Below the pieces are notes generated by a model, which ran no database searches, had not been told where the DNA came from, and saw nothing but the letters and a program-made list of their open reading frames with translations. A stretch of 16,934 nt of DNA from Candidatus Zixiibacteriota bacterium (GTDB lineage: Bacteria; Zixibacteria; MSB-5A5; CAIYYT01): assembly GCA_040235515.1 (NCBI GenBank), contig JBECKX010000056.1, positions 1 to 16,934 of the forward strand. Direction: 5' to 3'. Positions 13,930-16,934 of the stretch are shown piece after piece. Each line of letters starts with the position of its first letter. Positions within the stretch are counted from its first letter, which is position 1. The position numbers and the translations under genes are program-made.

Positions 13930-15267
13930 CTATTTCTCGCTGGTCATGATGAAGAGTGGCTGCATCTCGAAGCTGCGGTACTCGGGCCGCAGGCGGGATG
14001 TGTCGTAGTGTTTGCCGACGTTGACCAGCTTTTTGGAGCTGGTGACAACCTCGATCGGCACGTTGTCGTAACGACCGTTTTTCAGCACGACGAGTCGGCC
14101 GTGAATGCCGTTCAGGATCAGGTCGAGGGCGAGGTTGCCGTAGGCCATCGGGACAATCGAATCGATGGCATCGGGGTCACCGCCGCGAACCAGGTACCCG
14201 AGTTTCTGGTTGATCGTGTTGATCGGGACACCGTGATTGAATTTTGCCGAGCGGTGTTTCAGTTCTTCGGAGACTAGATCACCGATACCGCCGAGTTTCT
14301 TGTGGCCGTAGGCATCGGTTGTCGAATCGGAGAAGATCATTTCGCCACCATCAAACATGGCACCCTCGGAGACTAAGACAACCGCGTACTTGCTGGGGTT
14401 TTCGTTACGATCTTTGACGAGCAATTCTGTCAGGCGGTCGATATCGAATCTGTGCTCGGGAATGACGCAGCGATTGGCTGCACCGGCCATGGTGGGAAGC
14501 AGCGCGGTAAAGCCGGCGTAACGACCGAAGACTTCAAGGACCAGCAGGCGCTCATGCGAGCCGGCCGAAGTTCTGATCATATTGGTCAGGTGGATCGTAC
14601 GGGTGATGCAGGTAGAGAATCCGATGCAGTAGTCGGTGCCGGGAACATCGTTATCCATCGTTTTCGGAATCGCAACCACCTTGACGCCCTGCTTGAAGAG
14701 GTGGACACCGTAGCTGAGGGTGTCGTCACCGCCGATCGGGATCAGGTAGTCGACGCCCAGCCAATCGAGGTTTTTGATGACTTCTTCGGTAAGATCGTTT
14801 TTGTCGTCGTGGTAGGAGCTGCGCAGGTGTTCCGGGACATTGGATTTTTTCACCTGCCCCGGGTGGGTGCGGGAGCTATGGAGAAATGTGCCTCCGGTGC
14901 GCCCTGCCCTGTTGACGATTTCCTCGGTCAGGATCTGGAAATTGCCGGCGTTGTCGTGCTTACGATCGCGAACCAATTCCACCAGGCCACGCCAGCCGCG
15001 GCGCAATCCAACCACCTGGTATCCCTCGCGCAGTGCGCGGATCGTAACGGCGCGGATGGCGGGATTGAGGCCGGGAACATCTCCACCGCCTGTCAGGATG
15101 CCGATGACGCCCTTCTTGCGTTTGATGTTCGCTGATTTGGTGCTCGCTTTGGAGCTTGTCTTGGCGCCGGATTTTGCCGCCGGTTTGCCGGCTGACTTGC
15201 CTGCAGGTTTGGCAGCGCGAGTAGTTGAGGTCTTCCTGGATTCTGTATCTTTCAGTTTCTTCGCCAT
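13930..15267 (-). CDS. pfp: PfkA-family 6-phosphofructokinase, group III-like, predicted PPi-dependent, with Lys-rich N-terminal extension, 445 aa
   Basis: ILTGGGDVPGLN, GGTFLHSSR, IGGDDT, PKTMDND, TSAGSHER, EVFGR, VSEG, DAYGH, LGYLVRGG. Start at ATG 15267 with AAGGAAGG RBS. Confidence 0.9.
   Translation of the reverse strand: MAKKLKDTESRKTSTTRAAKPAGKSAGKPAAKSGAKTSSKASTKSANIKRKKGVIGILTGGGDVPGLNPAIRAVTIRALREGYQVVGLRRGWRGLVELVRDRKHDNAGNFQILTEEIVNRAGRTGGTFLHSSRTHPGQVKKSNVPEHLRSSYHDDKNDLTEEVIKNLDWLGVDYLIPIGGDDTLSYGVHLFKQGVKVVAIPKTMDNDVPGTDYCIGFSTCITRTIHLTNMIRTSAGSHERLLVLEVFGRYAGFTALLPTMAGAANRCVIPEHRFDIDRLTELLVKDRNENPSKYAVVLVSEGAMFDGGEMIFSDSTTDAYGHKKLGGIGDLVSEELKHRSAKFNHGVPINTINQKLGYLVRGGDPDAIDSIVPMAYGNLALDLILNGIHGRLVVLKNGRYDNVPIEVVTSSKKLVNVGKHYDTSRLRPEYRSFEMQPLFIMTSEK
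15133..15216 (-). repeat. Degenerate 12-bp tandem repeat encoding seven xxKx tetrapeptides
   Basis: AAKP-AGKS-AGKP-AAKS-GAKT-SSKA-STKS, with Lys at residues 20, 24, 28, 32, 36, 40 and 44. Confidence 0.85.
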
Positions 15268-15393
15268 TTTTACCTTCCTTAGTTCCACAAACGGCCCGTA
15301 CTGGAGTGAAGGTGGTTCCTTCCTACGCGCTCTGCCACGATGTTTCCTTCTGATCGTCACAGCAGATCGGGTCGCCCACTCCTAGTGTCGGCG

Positions 15394-15422
15394 AATATAT
15401 ACGTCACTCAAGTAGTGTACAA
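15394..15422 (-). promoter_or_regulatory. Putative sigma70 promoter of the PFK gene
   Basis: Minus strand reads TTGTAC-N17-TATATT, downstream of the strong terminator and about 125 nt upstream of the start. Confidence 0.45.
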
Positions 15423-15466
15423 TAGTTACGATTTGATGAATCGTGTAGCGTGAGGATCGGGAGAGC

Positions 15467-15507
15467 AAAAAGATAGCGAGCCCTTCCCATTAGAAAGACT
15501 CGCCATC
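15467..15507 (-). terminator. Rho-independent terminator for the 15582-16700 transcript
   Basis: Minus strand GATGGCGAGTCTTTCT-AATG-GGAAGGGCTCGCTATC-TTTTT: a 16-bp stem whose four non-Watson-Crick pairs are all G-U on this strand, followed by a U5 tract. Confidence 0.85.
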
Positions 15508-15581
15508 CTCTCAGTTGTGGTCACCCGGCGCGGCGGCTGGATGATTCAGACCTGAGCTAACTTGAATATCGCTCGGTCGGA

Positions 15582-16700
15582 CTAGCGCCGATTCCGCTTA
15601 TCGCGTTTGTCATCCTTGCTATTTTCATCTTCCCCGGTTGCCGGAGAGCTGCCATCCTTGAGCAATTCGATCTTGGTATAGACGAAGTTCTTGTTGCTCT
15701 CGACGATCAACTGATCGTAGGCGGCTTTGTCGAACAGTTCGGAGTGCCGGTCGAGGTAGTTCGTACCGAACTCCTCTTTCGGGATGATCAGCTTGTTCGG
15801 ATAGCGGTCTACGATTTTGTACGGCGGCTTGACGTTGAAGAAGTAGCGGCCATACTCGAGCCCCTGGAAGTCGTAGATGCGTCCTTCATCCATGCGTACC
15901 AGTTCGAAGTCTGACGGTGAGAGTGTGTCATAGGTGACGCCCTCGGCCGAGAAGACTTTGGCCACCGGCACGAAGTTGAACTGGTGGTTTGTGGTCAGAT
16001 AGATGAACTGCGCGGTATCGGTACCGGCGGTGAACTCTTTCGGGTAGATATTGGAACGTTGATCAAAGAGCTGGTACTCACCCGGCGGGACGTAGAAGTA
16101 GAAGAATTCCTTCTCTTCCTTGAGGCGACGGTTGAGGTAGCGCTCAGCGGTGCTGACGACGTACTTCTCCTCGTCGCTGAGGAAGCCCTGTCGAAGTTTC
16201 AATTCGATCGGGTTGTCTGTGAGCTTTTTGATCGGAACCAGTTCGTTGAAAGCGTTACAGGTTGCGAATTTGTACATCCACTCGGTCTTGATGAAGTGCA
16301 GCTGTTGACCGTACGAGAGTGCGTTCGTGGAATCGATGTGCGCTTCGTAGGACGGCAGCAGGGTCTTCAATTCGGTCAGGCCCCACTCGACCCATGACGG
16401 GCTGTTGAGATAGTAGTGGAGGATGACGAATTTGGTGTATGAAGAACCGAGGGTCTGGTCCATCTGTTCGGTGCGGTTGTCGGCATAGAACCAGATGGCC
16501 CACTGGCGATACATATTCTGGACCGCCATATCAGAGATGAAGAGGCGGTCGGTGTCCTGTTTGAGATGCTTGGAGGCGTTGAGATATTCCTCCATGTCAG
16601 CATTGAGATCATCCAGTTCGGTTGCGTGGGCGACGGCAGATGCGCAAACGAGCAGTGCAGCCGCCAACAACCAAGCGATTGTTCTAAGTGTGCGTTTCAT
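15582..16700 (-). CDS. Hypothetical secreted protein, 372 aa
   Basis: GAGGAG RBS; signal peptide MKRTLR...SAVAHA-T. Helical N-terminal half, beta-rich C-terminal half and a charged tail. Long ORF with GC-rich third codon positions. Confidence 0.85.
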   Translation of the reverse strand: MKRTLRTIAWLLAAALLVCASAVAHATELDDLNADMEEYLNASKHLKQDTDRLFISDMAVQNMYRQWAIWFYADNRTEQMDQTLGSSYTKFVILHYYLNSPSWVEWGLTELKTLLPSYEAHIDSTNALSYGQQLHFIKTEWMYKFATCNAFNELVPIKKLTDNPIELKLRQGFLSDEEKYVVSTAERYLNRRLKEEKEFFYFYVPPGEYQLFDQRSNIYPKEFTAGTDTAQFIYLTTNHQFNFVPVAKVFSAEGVTYDTLSPSDFELVRMDEGRIYDFQGLEYGRYFFNVKPPYKIVDRYPNKLIIPKEEFGTNYLDRHSELFDKAAYDQLIVESNKNFVYTKIELLKDGSSPATGEDENSKDDKRDKRNRR

Positions 16701-16717
16701 TTCAATTTCTCCTCACC

Positions 16718-16934
16718 CTATTGCGGCTTGCTTGATGAATTGTTCTGGGAACCTCCCTGAGCGCCGCCGAACTGGCTCTTCGGTTCGAGCAGTTCGTTGA
16801 AGTCCTGCAGCTGCTGGAAGATTTCATCGGCGCTGGCAAAGCGTCCGGCGTCCTGGAGAGCACGGAGCGACTTCTCGCCCCAGAATACGGCTTCCTTGGA
16901 GACGTTCTCGGTCTTGCCACGATCGAGCATGCCG
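16718..16934 (-). CDS. C-terminal end of a hypothetical helical protein, 5'-truncated
   Basis: Frame is open to the window edge and ends 17 nt upstream of the next gene's start. Amphipathic helical sequence with a G/S/N/Q tail. Confidence 0.65.
   Translation of the reverse strand, partial: GMLDRGKTENVSKEAVFWGEKSLRALQDAGRFASADEIFQQLQDFNELLEPKSQFGGAQGGSQNNSSSKPQ

Noticed and set aside
15268..15360. Upstream extension of the PFK ORF (MTIRRKHRG...)
   Set aside because: No convincing RBS at the upstream start, whereas AAGGAAGG precedes ATG 15267.
13855..15385. Plus-strand ORFs of 140, 227 and 181 aa
   Set aside because: Antisense shadows of the PFK gene, expected from GC-rich codon bias, with no motifs.
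1..16934. CRISPR array, IS element, prophage, DGR or riboswitch
   Set aside because: No regularly spaced repeats, transposase, integrase, reverse transcriptase, phage structural cluster or recognisable riboswitch consensus was seen by eye.

Overview
GC-rich bacterial chromosomal window with no integrase, transposase, CRISPR array or phage module. A stand-alone cohesin-like lipoprotein and a secreted phage-fibre-like protein suggest an FCB-related uncultured lineage such as Zixibacteria, but this is inference. Gene order: partial hypothetical (+); class A flavodiiron protein FprA (-); cohesin-domain lipoprotein (+); an AT-richer two-gene unit encoding a small basic all-beta protein and a predicted outer-membrane beta-barrel with a long coiled-coil insertion (+); DUF2238 membrane protein (+); a three-gene signalling operon (-) made of a membrane/PAS/PAS/GAF histidine kinase, a single-domain receiver and a REC-histidine kinase hybrid; tRNA-Leu(TAA) (+); a Cys-rich lipoprotein (+); a YiiX-like permuted papain lipoprotein, probably leaderless (+); a secreted beta-helix fibre-like protein (-); a PPi-type phosphofructokinase with a histone-H1-like Lys-rich tail (-); and two hypothetical genes (-), the last one partial. 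The best candidates for undescribed biology are the beta-barrel/coiled-coil gene pair, the lipid-anchored cohesin, the non-phage fibre protein and the PFK tail. All family assignments come from reading motifs by eye; no database search was run.
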